Made by a program: the position numbers and the translations under genes | Part shown: positions 17,492-26,381 of the stretch, one piece after another | How positions within the stretch are numbered: position 1 is the first letter of the stretch | Layout of the letters: every line of letters starts with the position of its first letter | Source of the DNA: a virus | Taxonomy: Duplodnaviria > Caudoviricetes | Direction: 5' to 3' (one strand) | IMG/VR virus record: IMGVR_UViG_3300017766_001539 | Location: 1 to 33,767 of that record | DNA: 33,767 nucleotides | The notes under the pieces: generated by a model | Seen by the model: the letters and a program-made list of their open reading frames with translations, nothing else | What the model was told of the DNA's origin: nothing | Database searches by the model: none

Positions 17492-19182
17492 TAGAGTTAG
17501 AGGTAAAGAATAATTTAGGCTCGCTTAAATCACAATTACGAGAGGCACAAGCGGAAGTAGCAAAGTTATCGGAGCAGTTTGGCGCAACGTCACGAGAGGC
17601 AGCGAATGCAGCAAAGAAAGCAGCGGAACTAAAAGACCAAATAGAGGATGCGAAAGCGTTAACAGATGCGTTTAATCCTGATGCGAAATTCAAAGCGTTA
17701 TCTTCATCTTTGGGAGGTGTTGCAAGTGGTTTTGCTGCATATCAAGGGGCGCTTGGCTTAGTAGGTGTTGAGAGTAAAAAGGTAGAAGAGCAATTACTGA
17801 AAGTTCAAAGCGCAATGGCTTTAGCTGAGGGGCTACAAGCTTTAGGAGGTGCAAAGGATTCATTTATTCAATTAGCTTCAGTTGTTAAAAACCAAGTTGT
17901 AGCAGCGTTTGCAACGTTAAAAGGTGCGTTAATAGCTACGGGGATAGGTGCTTTGGTAGTGACAATTGGCTTTCTATTACCTAAAATAATGGAGTGGATT
18001 GACGGCACTAAGGAATTAGAACGTAGACAAAACGCTTTGAATAGCGAGATTGACAAAGCAAATATAAAATATCAAAAAAACACTGAGCAAATAGATAAAA
18101 ATATCAATGCTGAGTTACGATTGGCACGTGCAAGAGGTGCAAGTGAACAAGAATTATTGAACATTGAGAAAAAAGGTAACAAAGAACGTGTACAAGTACA
18201 AAAAAGAACGGTTGCAGAGCTTGATAAATTGCTTAAGGATAAGCGAAACATGTACATCGAGGCTTATGTAGATGAAGATTGGGACAGGGCAAAGGCTTTA
18301 AATAAAGAGTTTAAGGACTTACAAGCTCAAAGAAATGCAATTTTAAAGGCTAAAAAAGACCAAAATGATGAGTTAAAGTTAAAACAGGAAGAGCTTAATA
18401 TAACCACACTAACAAAACAAAAAGATAATTTTAAAGAATCACATAACAACTTAAAGGAAAACTTAAAAAAAGAAGTTGAAACTTATGAAGAAAGCTTTAA
18501 TAAGCGATTAAAAATGCAAGAGGAAACAGATGCATTAAGATTAGAACCTATAAACATTGAAGACCAATTCAAAAAAGAAAGAGAAAGAGAGCAAAGAAAA
18601 AAAGATTTGATAATACAAATAAATAAAGAAACAAACGAAGAGTTAATAAAAGACCTAAAAAAAAGAGTTGAAGATGAAGAACAACTCGAAAAACAAGTAA
18701 AAGACCAAAAGATAAGAATGGCGCACAATGCTTTTAGCGTTATTCAAGGTGTAGCTGACTTATTCGCTCAAGGTAATGAAGCTGACCAAAAGAAAGCTTT
18801 TGAATTAAATAAGGCGGTAAACATAGGTCAGGCAATTATGAACACTGCTCAAGGTGTGACCGCTGCGTTAAGTGGAGGGGGAAACCTTGGTAAAGTTGCA
18901 ACAGGTTTGAACTTTGTTGAGGCTGGATTGATTGGAACGATTGGAGCGTTGAACATTGCAAAGATTGCTAACACACAATTTCAAGGTGGTGGTAATAATG
19001 GAGGGGGCAACACACCAACAGCAAGCGCACCTCGTACACCAAGCTTTGATATTATACAAGCACAGCCACAAATGCAGTTAGGAGCGTTACAACAACAACC
19101 CGTTAAAGCATATGTAGTGAGTGGTGAAGTATCAACAGCGCAAGCCTTAGACCGTAATAGGGTAAGAAATGCAACATTTTAA
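17473..19182 (+). CDS. Tape measure protein (putative)
   Basis: Ala/Gly-rich helices, ALIATGIGALVV hydrophobic segment, long charged coiled coil, PVKAYVV C-terminus. Confidence 0.75.
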   Translation: MAEKKIIELEVKNNLGSLKSQLREAQAEVAKLSEQFGATSREAANAAKKAAELKDQIEDAKALTDAFNPDAKFKALSSSLGGVASGFAAYQGALGLVGVESKKVEEQLLKVQSAMALAEGLQALGGAKDSFIQLASVVKNQVVAAFATLKGALIATGIGALVVTIGFLLPKIMEWIDGTKELERRQNALNSEIDKANIKYQKNTEQIDKNINAELRLARARGASEQELLNIEKKGNKERVQVQKRTVAELDKLLKDKRNMYIEAYVDEDWDRAKALNKEFKDLQAQRNAILKAKKDQNDELKLKQEELNITTLTKQKDNFKESHNNLKENLKKEVETYEESFNKRLKMQEETDALRLEPINIEDQFKKEREREQRKKDLIIQINKETNEELIKDLKKRVEDEEQLEKQVKDQKIRMAHNAFSVIQGVADLFAQGNEADQKKAFELNKAVNIGQAIMNTAQGVTAALSGGGNLGKVATGLNFVEAGLIGTIGALNIAKIANTQFQGGGNNGGGNTPTASAPRTPSFDIIQAQPQMQLGALQQQPVKAYVVSGEVSTAQALDRNRVRNATF

Positions 19183-19197
19183 TCAAAGTTAAGTTAT
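19171..19197 (+). promoter_or_regulatory. Putative phage late promoter RCAACA-N15-AGTTA
   Basis: CAACA 19172-19176, AGTTA 19192-19196; ATG at 19204. Confidence 0.78.
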
Positions 19198-19203
19198 AAA
19201 GAT

Positions 19204-19770
19204 ATGCAGAACATAGAGCTAACAATTAAGGACGACGAGCAAGGGGTTTTCGCGATTTCATTAGTCGACAAGCCGGCCATACAAGAAGATTTTATTTTCT
19301 TAAGTGAAATAAGTGTAGAATTAAAAGTAACCAACGACGAAAAACGTGAAGTAGTTGGACTTGCTTTAGTGCCTAATAAACAGATATACAGACGTATACA
19401 AGACAAAGAATTTACGATTTCATTTAGTGAAGAAACTATTGCAAAGGTGCAAGAATTGTATCTTAAAAAGAATTATAATAACAACGTTACGGTTGACCAC
19501 GAACATAGTGTTGAAGGTGTTAGTTTGATTGAAAGTTGGATTGTAGAGGATGAGAAATTCGATAAGTCTAACTTGTATAACTTAAATGCGGTTAAAGGTT
19601 CATGGGTTGTTAAAATGAAGGTGTATAATGAAGAGGTGTGGCAACAAATCAAAGACGGTAAATTCAAAGGGTTTAGCATCGAGGGGAAGTTTGACGGCTT
19701 AGACCAATTACAAGCGGAAAGTCATGAGGACATTATGAATGAAATAAAGGAACTTTTAAAACAAATATAA
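19204..19770 (+). CDS. Prohead protease (XkdF-like serine peptidase)
   Basis: AISLVDKPAI, TVDHE, ESWIVED, GSW, KGFSIEG. Confidence 0.85.
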   Translation: MQNIELTIKDDEQGVFAISLVDKPAIQEDFIFLSEISVELKVTNDEKREVVGLALVPNKQIYRRIQDKEFTISFSEETIAKVQELYLKKNYNNNVTVDHEHSVEGVSLIESWIVEDEKFDKSNLYNLNAVKGSWVVKMKVYNEEVWQQIKDGKFKGFSIEGKFDGLDQLQAESHEDIMNEIKELLKQI

Positions 19771-19772
19771 AA

Positions 19773-20486
19773 ATGGGAGTAACAATAATTGACAACACGC
19801 AAACTATTAATAACGCTACTTGGAGAGTACAAGCGGACGTTATTACAGATGAAAGCGGAATAGTAAAAGAAAACGGAACTATCCACTATATCGATGGAAA
19901 GCTGAAATATCATGCGAATGGTGTGATTAAAGAGGTTGGAGTTGGTACAGATTACGCAATACCTGTGTCAGGTGTTATAACGTCCCTTCCCGGTGCATTT
20001 GCGTTTGAAAACATAAACTATTTGTACGCTGCAGGAGGTGTTGTTTTTTTCAACGGTGATTCATGGGAATATGCTTTGACAAATGCAGATGCTGCTATTG
20101 GTACGCTTGTAAATGATGTTTCAACTAACAAAACTTACAAATGGTCTGGTTCTTCATGGGTACAATACGCCACGCAAAAAGTTCTTGATTTAAGTTTATC
20201 ACGCAAAACAGATTCTTACACTTTAGTAGCTGCTGATAATGGACAAGTAGTTGAAATGAACAAGGCAACGGCTAACACTTTAACAGTACCTCAAAACATT
20301 TTTACAGCAGGTCAACAAGTATTGGTAACACAGTATGGAGCAGGACAAACAACAATCGCAGCTGGATCAGGTGTAACGTTACGAAGTGACGGTGGTAAAT
20401 TAAAAATCAACACTCAGTATTCAAGCGCTACGATTTTATTTATCTCTGCTACTGAGGCGTATGTATTCGGTAATTTAGCATTGTAA
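19773..20486 (+). CDS. Fibre/spike-like virion protein
   Basis: YKWSGSSW and C-terminal SYTLVAADNG...TLTVP...QYGAGQTTIAAGSGVTL domain typical of phage fibres. Confidence 0.7.
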   Translation: MGVTIIDNTQTINNATWRVQADVITDESGIVKENGTIHYIDGKLKYHANGVIKEVGVGTDYAIPVSGVITSLPGAFAFENINYLYAAGGVVFFNGDSWEYALTNADAAIGTLVNDVSTNKTYKWSGSSWVQYATQKVLDLSLSRKTDSYTLVAADNGQVVEMNKATANTLTVPQNIFTAGQQVLVTQYGAGQTTIAAGSGVTLRSDGGKLKINTQYSSATILFISATEAYVFGNLAL

Positions 20487-20725
20487 TGAGCTTAATACCT
20501 TCGTTTATAAGGTTTAGAGAAGTCACTACCGCATTGGATAGTGACTCTTTATTTTTACAACCTATCGATTCAGACATACCTAAAAAAGTATCGTTATCAA
20601 ATTTCACTACGTATTTAGGTGATGAAGACAACGGGATTTTGTTTGGGGGCACGGGTGCAGATGAAGACGTTTATAAGATTATCGGAGGCGTTGGAGCAAG
20701 TATTAATTCAGATAAATATAACTAA
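20486..20725 (+). CDS. Small virion-associated hypothetical protein
   Basis: 79 aa with TAATG overlaps on both sides. Confidence 0.65.
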   Translation: MSLIPSFIRFREVTTALDSDSLFLQPIDSDIPKKVSLSNFTTYLGDEDNGILFGGTGADEDVYKIIGGVGASINSDKYN

Positions 20726-22074
20726 TGAGCGATATAACAAAGAGAATAATAATAAAAAAGGGAGCTGGTGCGCCTACTATACCAAGTAGCTCAGACCATA
20801 GGGACGGCACATGGTTAGCGACGGACATTTACGAGGGTGAATTATACCTTGATACGGTTGCTGGGCTTAATTACACGCGTTATGGTAGTACGATAGTTGA
20901 GTTATTTCCAACGTCGACAGGATTAGCAGGTAATGAGTTTGTATTTGTGTTTTCAATATTAGACTTACCTACTGCTGTTAGTAGTGTAATAACATTAGAA
21001 GATAACATTACATATTTCATTACTAAAACAATTGATTTAGCAGGCGCACGTTTAGTAGGTGGGGTGAATAGTGTAATTATCGGAGGATCTTCTGAAAATT
21101 GTATTTTAAAAAGTACTGGGTTAAGTAGTTCTACTGCATTAATAACGTCGGTTCATTCTTTGCCAATTCGTAATATAACTATCACACACGGCACGGCATT
21201 AAACCTTGATGGTGACGGCACGACAACTGCTTTAGATTGGTTTGGTGTAAACTTTACCGACTGCGCAACGGTGGGAACAATCAAAGACTATACAAACTTT
21301 GTAATGAGTGATAGTGCATTCTTGAATAGTGGCAACTTAACTTTTGACGGTACGATAGGCACGATAGGAGTTAGTAACTCATTATTTGATTGTTCAACAG
21401 GGTCAACGGCTTTAATATTGCCAAGTACATTAACGGTTAGTAGAAGATTTAGAGTAATATATTCGTCCTTTATTGCTTTGAGTGGTGAAACTGCTATAAG
21501 TGTAGATGCGAGCGCAACAATTTCAAGTGAGAGATACATTTTAGACACGGTAAACTTTAGCGGTGGTGGAACGTACATAAGCGGTGTAGGTCACACGGAT
21601 AATAAGTCTTTGTTTGTCAATTGCGTAGGTATAACTAACACTTCTACAAAAGGGTTCATGTATATGCTTAACAATACAACAGATACAGCTATCGGAGTAA
21701 GTAACGTGAACGTGTGGGTTAAAGCTACAGGTACGACAACGAGCGGAACAAACTCAAAATTTACACACACAACCAATAGACTTACTTACAATGGAGCGTT
21801 TACAAACTCTTTTTTAGTTACTCTAAACGTGACTGCCCGAAGTGCCGGTGTCAATCAGATAATCAGTATTGGTGTTGCCAAAAACGGAACGATAATAACA
21901 GAAAGTGAGGGTATAATTAGAACAACAACATCAAACGTTGAGCATGGAGGAAGTACGCAAGCGGTTGTTGAATTAGTAGCGAATGACTATGTAGAATTGT
22001 ACGTACGTAACACTTCCTCAACAGATATAAGGGTTACAGACTTCAATTTTAACGTGGTTAAAATACCCGTGTAA
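20725..22074 (+). CDS. Fibre/spike protein with beta-helix-like middle and C1q/TNF-like C-terminus
   Basis: YEGELYLDT N-terminal motif; Thr/Ser/Gly-rich; end NRLTYNG...AKNGT...VELVANDYVELYVRN. Confidence 0.7.
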   Translation: MSDITKRIIIKKGAGAPTIPSSSDHRDGTWLATDIYEGELYLDTVAGLNYTRYGSTIVELFPTSTGLAGNEFVFVFSILDLPTAVSSVITLEDNITYFITKTIDLAGARLVGGVNSVIIGGSSENCILKSTGLSSSTALITSVHSLPIRNITITHGTALNLDGDGTTTALDWFGVNFTDCATVGTIKDYTNFVMSDSAFLNSGNLTFDGTIGTIGVSNSLFDCSTGSTALILPSTLTVSRRFRVIYSSFIALSGETAISVDASATISSERYILDTVNFSGGGTYISGVGHTDNKSLFVNCVGITNTSTKGFMYMLNNTTDTAIGVSNVNVWVKATGTTTSGTNSKFTHTTNRLTYNGAFTNSFLVTLNVTARSAGVNQIISIGVAKNGTIITESEGIIRTTTSNVEHGGSTQAVVELVANDYVELYVRNTSSTDIRVTDFNFNVVKIPV

Positions 22075-22077
22075 TTT

Positions 22078-22104
22078 ACAACAAACCGACATTTAATAAG
22101 TTAA
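22078..22104 (+). promoter_or_regulatory. Putative phage late promoter RCAACA-N15-AGTTA
   Basis: CAACA 22079-22083, AGTTA 22099-22103; ATG at 22111. Confidence 0.78.
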
Positions 22105-22110
22105 TAAATT

Positions 22111-22725
22111 ATGAATGAAGTCAAGTACATTTTAGAGCAAATCAGGAAGACCAAAACAATAGTGCTAATCATAATCCTACTTGCCTTCATTCTTTTTTAT
22201 TACAAGTCTTTAGTTACTCAAGTAGTAATAACCAAAATAGATAAGGTTGACGAAGTGAAAAAAGACATAACTAATAATGTTTTGATTCAACAAATGTTAA
22301 ATGACTTAATGTTGAAATACAAAGCGGATAGGGCGTATATCTTTCAGTTTCACAACACGATCAAATACTACGACGGGACGCATAGAAACCATCAATCAAT
22401 GAGTTTTGAAGTGTGTAATAATGGTGTAAGCCCTGAAGCACATAATTTACAGAATATTCCAGTTAGTTTATATCCATTGTTCCTACAACAGATAATGTTA
22501 GAACGTATGAACTATTGCGACGTAAACGAAATACAAGAGCATACAACAAAATCGGAGTTATTAAGACAGGGTGTTAAGTCTATTTGCATTGCACCGTACT
22601 TTAAGAATGGAAACTTTGTGGCTTACATTGGTATTGATTACGTAAAAAAAGGAATGTGTAAAGATATAGATTTTAGGGAGTTCAAACAATTTACAAACGA
22701 AATAGGAACAATTTTAATGTTATGA
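22111..22725 (+). CDS. Single-TM protein with GAF-like domain, resembling T4 holin T
   Basis: Amphipathic N-terminus, TM IVLIIILLAFILFYY, then ADRAYIFQFHN, GVKSICIAPYF, VAYIGIDY. Confidence 0.65.
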   Translation: MNEVKYILEQIRKTKTIVLIIILLAFILFYYKSLVTQVVITKIDKVDEVKKDITNNVLIQQMLNDLMLKYKADRAYIFQFHNTIKYYDGTHRNHQSMSFEVCNNGVSPEAHNLQNIPVSLYPLFLQQIMLERMNYCDVNEIQEHTTKSELLRQGVKSICIAPYFKNGNFVAYIGIDYVKKGMCKDIDFREFKQFTNEIGTILML

Positions 22726-22883
22726 GAAAAGGAGGTAAAAAAGGTTGCCAGTGCAAAGATGGCACGTATTCAAAAGAATGTTGTGACGGTCAATCACAAG
22801 GTATTGGAAGTACAGAGCAACAAGTAGTAAGTAACGTAAACCATACTATTCAAGTAAGGGAAATTACAACAGAAAGAGGTTAA
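22722..22883 (+). CDS. Small Cys-rich protein (53 aa)
   Basis: MRKGGKKGCQCKDGTYSKECCDGQSQGIG...; ATGA overlap. Confidence 0.75.
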   Translation: MRKGGKKGCQCKDGTYSKECCDGQSQGIGSTEQQVVSNVNHTIQVREITTERG

Positions 22884-22892
22884 ATAAGTTAT
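22866..22892 (+). promoter_or_regulatory. Putative phage late promoter RCAACA-N15-AGTTA
   Basis: CAACA 22867-22871, AGTTA 22887-22891; ATG at 22899. Confidence 0.78.
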
Positions 22893-22898
22893 ATAGTT

Positions 22899-23216
22899 AT
22901 GAAAGCAAAAATTGTAAGAAAAATAGACAATACTATTGATGTTAGATTAGGCGCAATAGATGATTTGATTAAACGCAGAAGTGAAATTGTTCAAAAAAAC
23001 AATTATTCTGATGAAATAAGCAGGTTAAAGTTAGCTATCGACTCAAGGAGAGCTTCGTTTACAAGGTTAAACAATGACATAGCTCCAGTATTAAAACAAC
23101 TAAGGGATTTGGGCGTTACAGATAAAGCAGCAGAGTTGAAAAAAATAATGGATTTAAATTCTGAATCTATAAAATTAGACGAGTCAAATCTGAAAAACGC
23201 GCAAGCAATTAAATAA
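22899..23216 (+). CDS. Helical hypothetical protein, possibly internal head protein
   Basis: 105 aa coiled-coil-like, first gene of the scaffold/capsid unit. Confidence 0.65.
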   Translation: MKAKIVRKIDNTIDVRLGAIDDLIKRRSEIVQKNNYSDEISRLKLAIDSRRASFTRLNNDIAPVLKQLRDLGVTDKAAELKKIMDLNSESIKLDESNLKNAQAIK

Positions 23217-23224
23217 ATATAAAA

Positions 23225-23812
23225 ATGGAAAAGGATAAAACATTATTAAAAAAAGTCAAAAACTTCCTTGTAGATTTGACAGGTATAGAAGTTAATTTGG
23301 AGGAGCAAACATTGGCAGACGGCAGCACGGTAATTGAAGCGGATTCATTCGAGCCTGGTGCAAGTGTTATGATTGTAGTTCCAGAAGGTGAACCTGTACC
23401 ATTAGAGGTTGGTAAGTACGAACTTGAAGATGGTCGACTATTGGTAGTTGAAGAAAAAGGTATGATTGCTTCAATCGAAGAAATGCCTGCGGAATCAGAA
23501 GAGGAAGAGATGCCTGTTGAGGCTGATATCACTCCTGAAGTTGAAGTTAAGCAACCAAAGAAAGTTGTGCAAATCACCGAGCAACACTTCGCAGAAATGC
23601 AAGCTAAGATTGAGGAGCTTGAAACTAAGTTAGCATCAATGGAACCAATTGTTGAAGAACAACCAACGGATGTAATCGAATTTAGCGCAGAGCCTAAACC
23701 AATTCAGTTCAATCCTGAGAACGTACAACCAATGGAGAGAATAGATTTAGCAATTAATACGCCTAAATCGTTGAGAGATAGAATTTTAGAAGAAGTATAT
23801 AACAACAAATAA
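23225..23812 (+). CDS. Capsid scaffolding protein
   Basis: Very acidic; LADGSTVIEADSFEPG, PLEVGKYELEDG; basic end SLRDRIL; directly upstream of capsid. Confidence 0.75.
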   Translation: MEKDKTLLKKVKNFLVDLTGIEVNLEEQTLADGSTVIEADSFEPGASVMIVVPEGEPVPLEVGKYELEDGRLLVVEEKGMIASIEEMPAESEEEEMPVEADITPEVEVKQPKKVVQITEQHFAEMQAKIEELETKLASMEPIVEEQPTDVIEFSAEPKPIQFNPENVQPMERIDLAINTPKSLRDRILEEVYNNK

Positions 23813-23823
23813 ACAAATAAAAA

Positions 23824-24777
23824 ATGGCTACAACAGTTAACATTTCAACTTCATACGCTGGACAAGATTCTAAGCTATGGGTAAAAGCTGCTTTATTAAG
23901 CGGTAACACATTGGCGAATGGCGGTATGACAATCGTACCAAACATTGCTTACAAGACTACAATGCACAAGCTATCTACGGATTCGCTTTTAAAAGATGCG
24001 ACGTGTGATTTTACAGCACTTTCTACTGTAACACTTTCTGAAAGAAGTTTGACTTTAGAGCCGTTTCAAGTAAATTTACAATTGTGTAAGAAAGATTTTT
24101 ATGCAACTTGGTCTGCTGAAGAAATGGGATTGTCTGCAAACAAAGTTTTAGCTAAATCTTTTGTAGATTATTTTTTAGCTTACATTACCGAGAAAGTTGC
24201 TGAATCAGTTGAGGTTTCTATTTGGAGAGGTGCTAACGGAACAACAGGTCAAATTGATGGTATCGCTACTTTATTAGCTGCTGATGCTGCTTTACCTGCT
24301 GCTCAAGAAATTGCTTCCACTACGGTAACGTCTTCAAATGTCGTTGCTCAATTAGGTTTGATAGTAGATGCAATTCCGGCTGCTTTGTACGGTTCGCCTG
24401 ATTTGAAAATTTACGTTTCTCAAAACATTTTGAAGGCTTATGTTAGAGCGTTGGGTGGTTTCTCAGTTGCAGCTACATCAAATAATGGTGTTGAAAACAA
24501 AGGTACACAATGGTATAACGGTCAAGGTTTGACTTTCGACGGTATTCCAATTTTCGTTGCGAACGGTTTAGCTGCTAACACTGCTATCGCTGCTGAAACT
24601 TCTAACTTGTTCTTCGGTTGCGGTTTATTAAATGACACAAATGAAATCAAGTTATTGGACATGTCGGATATCGACGGTAGCATGAATGTAAGATTTGTAA
24701 TGAGAGCAGGTATGGCAGTAAATTATCATTCAGTTTCCGACATCGTAACATACGGAATCACGAACTCAGCTAACTAA
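23824..24777 (+). CDS. Major capsid protein
   Basis: 317 aa; STSYAG, PNIAYK, QVNLQLCKKDF, IWRG, SNLFFG; follows scaffold and is followed by a terminator. Confidence 0.85.
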   Translation: MATTVNISTSYAGQDSKLWVKAALLSGNTLANGGMTIVPNIAYKTTMHKLSTDSLLKDATCDFTALSTVTLSERSLTLEPFQVNLQLCKKDFYATWSAEEMGLSANKVLAKSFVDYFLAYITEKVAESVEVSIWRGANGTTGQIDGIATLLAADAALPAAQEIASTTVTSSNVVAQLGLIVDAIPAALYGSPDLKIYVSQNILKAYVRALGGFSVAATSNNGVENKGTQWYNGQGLTFDGIPIFVANGLAANTAIAAETSNLFFGCGLLNDTNEIKLLDMSDIDGSMNVRFVMRAGMAVNYHSVSDIVTYGITNSAN

Positions 24778-24799
24778 TTAACTAATTAATAACCAATTA

Positions 24800-24829
24800 A
24801 AGGGAGGGTATATTCCCTCCTTTTTTTTT
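24800..24829 (+). terminator. Intrinsic terminator after capsid gene
   Basis: gggaggg-tatatt-ccctcct followed by a T run. Confidence 0.8.
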
Positions 24830-24843
24830 AAACTTTAAATTTT

Positions 24844-25386
24844 ATGGCTTGCAATTTAACAATAGGAAGAGCAGAAGCATGTAAGGAAGCAATTGGAGGT
24901 TTGAAGGCGGTGTACTTCATCAACTTTCAAATTGTACCTTCTGACGTAACTTTCTCGAATGACTTAATAACAGCAGTAACAAACGTTGACAACTTATACA
25001 AATATGAGTTGAAATCAAACGAAAACGTATTTGACCAAGAGATAGTGACATCACGTGAAAACGGTACTACTTTCTTTCGTCAAACATTGACTATAAAGCT
25101 AAAAAAACAGGACGCTACGACTCACAAAGAAATTAAACTTTTGGCTTATAGTCGTCCACACGTCCTAATTGAAAATAACAATGGGCAGTTTTTCTTAATG
25201 GGATTGTACAGAGGTGCTGATTTAACGGCGGGTAGTATCAATTCTGGTGGATCGCTTTCAGATTTTTCGGGATACAGTTTGACTTTTACCGCTGAAGAGG
25301 CTTTACCGGCACCATTCACGGATATCACAAGTTCTTCTACTATCGTTTCTGATTGTTTCACAGGTGCGACAATTGTAACTGCTTAA
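24844..25386 (+). CDS. Major tail (tube) protein, paralog 1
   Basis: MACNLTIGR..CK..IGGLKAVYF, ENGTTFF.QTL, SGYSLTFTAEE. Confidence 0.75.
   Translation: MACNLTIGRAEACKEAIGGLKAVYFINFQIVPSDVTFSNDLITAVTNVDNLYKYELKSNENVFDQEIVTSRENGTTFFRQTLTIKLKKQDATTHKEIKLLAYSRPHVLIENNNGQFFLMGLYRGADLTAGSINSGGSLSDFSGYSLTFTAEEALPAPFTDITSSSTIVSDCFTGATIVTA
25006..25113 (+). repeat. 108-bp direct repeat, copy 1 (other copy 25599-25706)
   Basis: 101/108 identical by manual alignment. Confidence 0.9.
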
Positions 25387-25388
25387 CC

Positions 25389-25994
25389 ATGGCTTGTTTA
25401 ATAACGGCAGGACGTTTAGAGCCTTGTAAGGATAGTCTTGCAGGGCTTACAAACGTTTATTTTATCAACGAGGACATAACGCCAAACTTTATATATAAAG
25501 AAAATACACCGATGGCTAATCAGTGGGACTACCTATTAGACAATGATTATAATGAGTCAATTGATTATTTAAACGGAATAAATTCTTTATATAAGTTTGA
25601 GTTGAAATCTAACGAAAATGTTTACGACCAAGAGATAGTGACATCACGTGAAAATGGAACTACTTTCTTTCGTCAAACATTGACTATAAAGCTAAAAAAA
25701 CAGGACATTGCAACACATAACGCTGTCAAAACTTTAGCTTATGCAAAACCGAGAATTTTAGTTGAAAACAACGAGGGACAGTTTTTCTTAGTTGGACTAC
25801 TTAGAGGTTGTGATGTAACAGCAGGAAGTATAAATAATGGTGGGGCTTTGGGTGATTTTTCAGGTTATTCCTTGACCTTCCAAGCGGAAGAGCTTTTACC
25901 GTCACAATTCGTGCCTTTGGGAACAAATGCTTTTTACGACAACTTAAACAACGACGATTTTCCAAAAACTTTATCTACTATTGTAACAAGTTAA
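25389..25994 (+). CDS. Major tail (tube) protein, paralog 2 (201 aa)
   Basis: MACLITAGRLEPCK...; collinear with paralog 1, which fixes the start at ATG 25389. Confidence 0.75.
   Translation: MACLITAGRLEPCKDSLAGLTNVYFINEDITPNFIYKENTPMANQWDYLLDNDYNESIDYLNGINSLYKFELKSNENVYDQEIVTSRENGTTFFRQTLTIKLKKQDIATHNAVKTLAYAKPRILVENNEGQFFLVGLLRGCDVTAGSINNGGALGDFSGYSLTFQAEELLPSQFVPLGTNAFYDNLNNDDFPKTLSTIVTS
25599..25706 (+). repeat. 108-bp direct repeat, copy 2
   Basis: Matches 25006-25113, including a perfect 48-nt block. Confidence 0.9.
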
Positions 25995-26000
25995 TTTACG

Positions 26001-26029
26001 GAGGGGTTTAAAACGCCCCTCTTTTTTTT
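26001..26029 (+). terminator. Intrinsic terminator
   Basis: gagggg...cccctc followed by T8. Confidence 0.8.
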
Positions 26030-26056
26030 GCAACAAAAACACTAATTTTTAGTTAT
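26030..26056 (+). promoter_or_regulatory. Putative phage late promoter RCAACA-N15-AGTTA
   Basis: CAACA 26031-26035, AGTTA 26051-26055, immediately after a terminator; ATG at 26064. Confidence 0.82.
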
Positions 26057-26063
26057 ACTATTA

Positions 26064-26381
26064 ATGATAGTATTAACGACATCCACATCACCGCAAACGG
26101 TGTATTTTATCCCTCGTGAAGGTACGGGGAATTCAGATAAGATATTCTTAACAGACGAGCAAACAAACGTCACTACAACTATTAATATTACAACCTACGC
26201 AACGGGTGATTATTACCACATGGCAACGGCTACATTTGCATTAAAAGAAGGTCATACTTATATTTGTAAGATAGGCAAAACAAACGATATTCGCTTTTAC
26301 GGACGTGTATTTTGCACGGATAATCCAAGCTCGAATTTTACTCAAACGGTAACAACAAACGAATTTATTATATATGAATAA
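26064..26381 (+). CDS. Beta-rich structural protein (head closure-like, uncertain)
   Basis: 105 aa; YFIPR, L.DEQTN, LKEG..Y, GRVFCT. Confidence 0.65.
   Translation: MIVLTTSTSPQTVYFIPREGTGNSDKIFLTDEQTNVTTTINITTYATGDYYHMATATFALKEGHTYICKIGKTNDIRFYGRVFCTDNPSSNFTQTVTTNEFIIYE

Noticed and set aside
25353-25388. Track start for tail paralog 2, or a frameshift fusing the two paralogs
   Set aside because: Homology sets the start at ATG 25389; only 12 upstream codons are open and no slippery heptamer is present.
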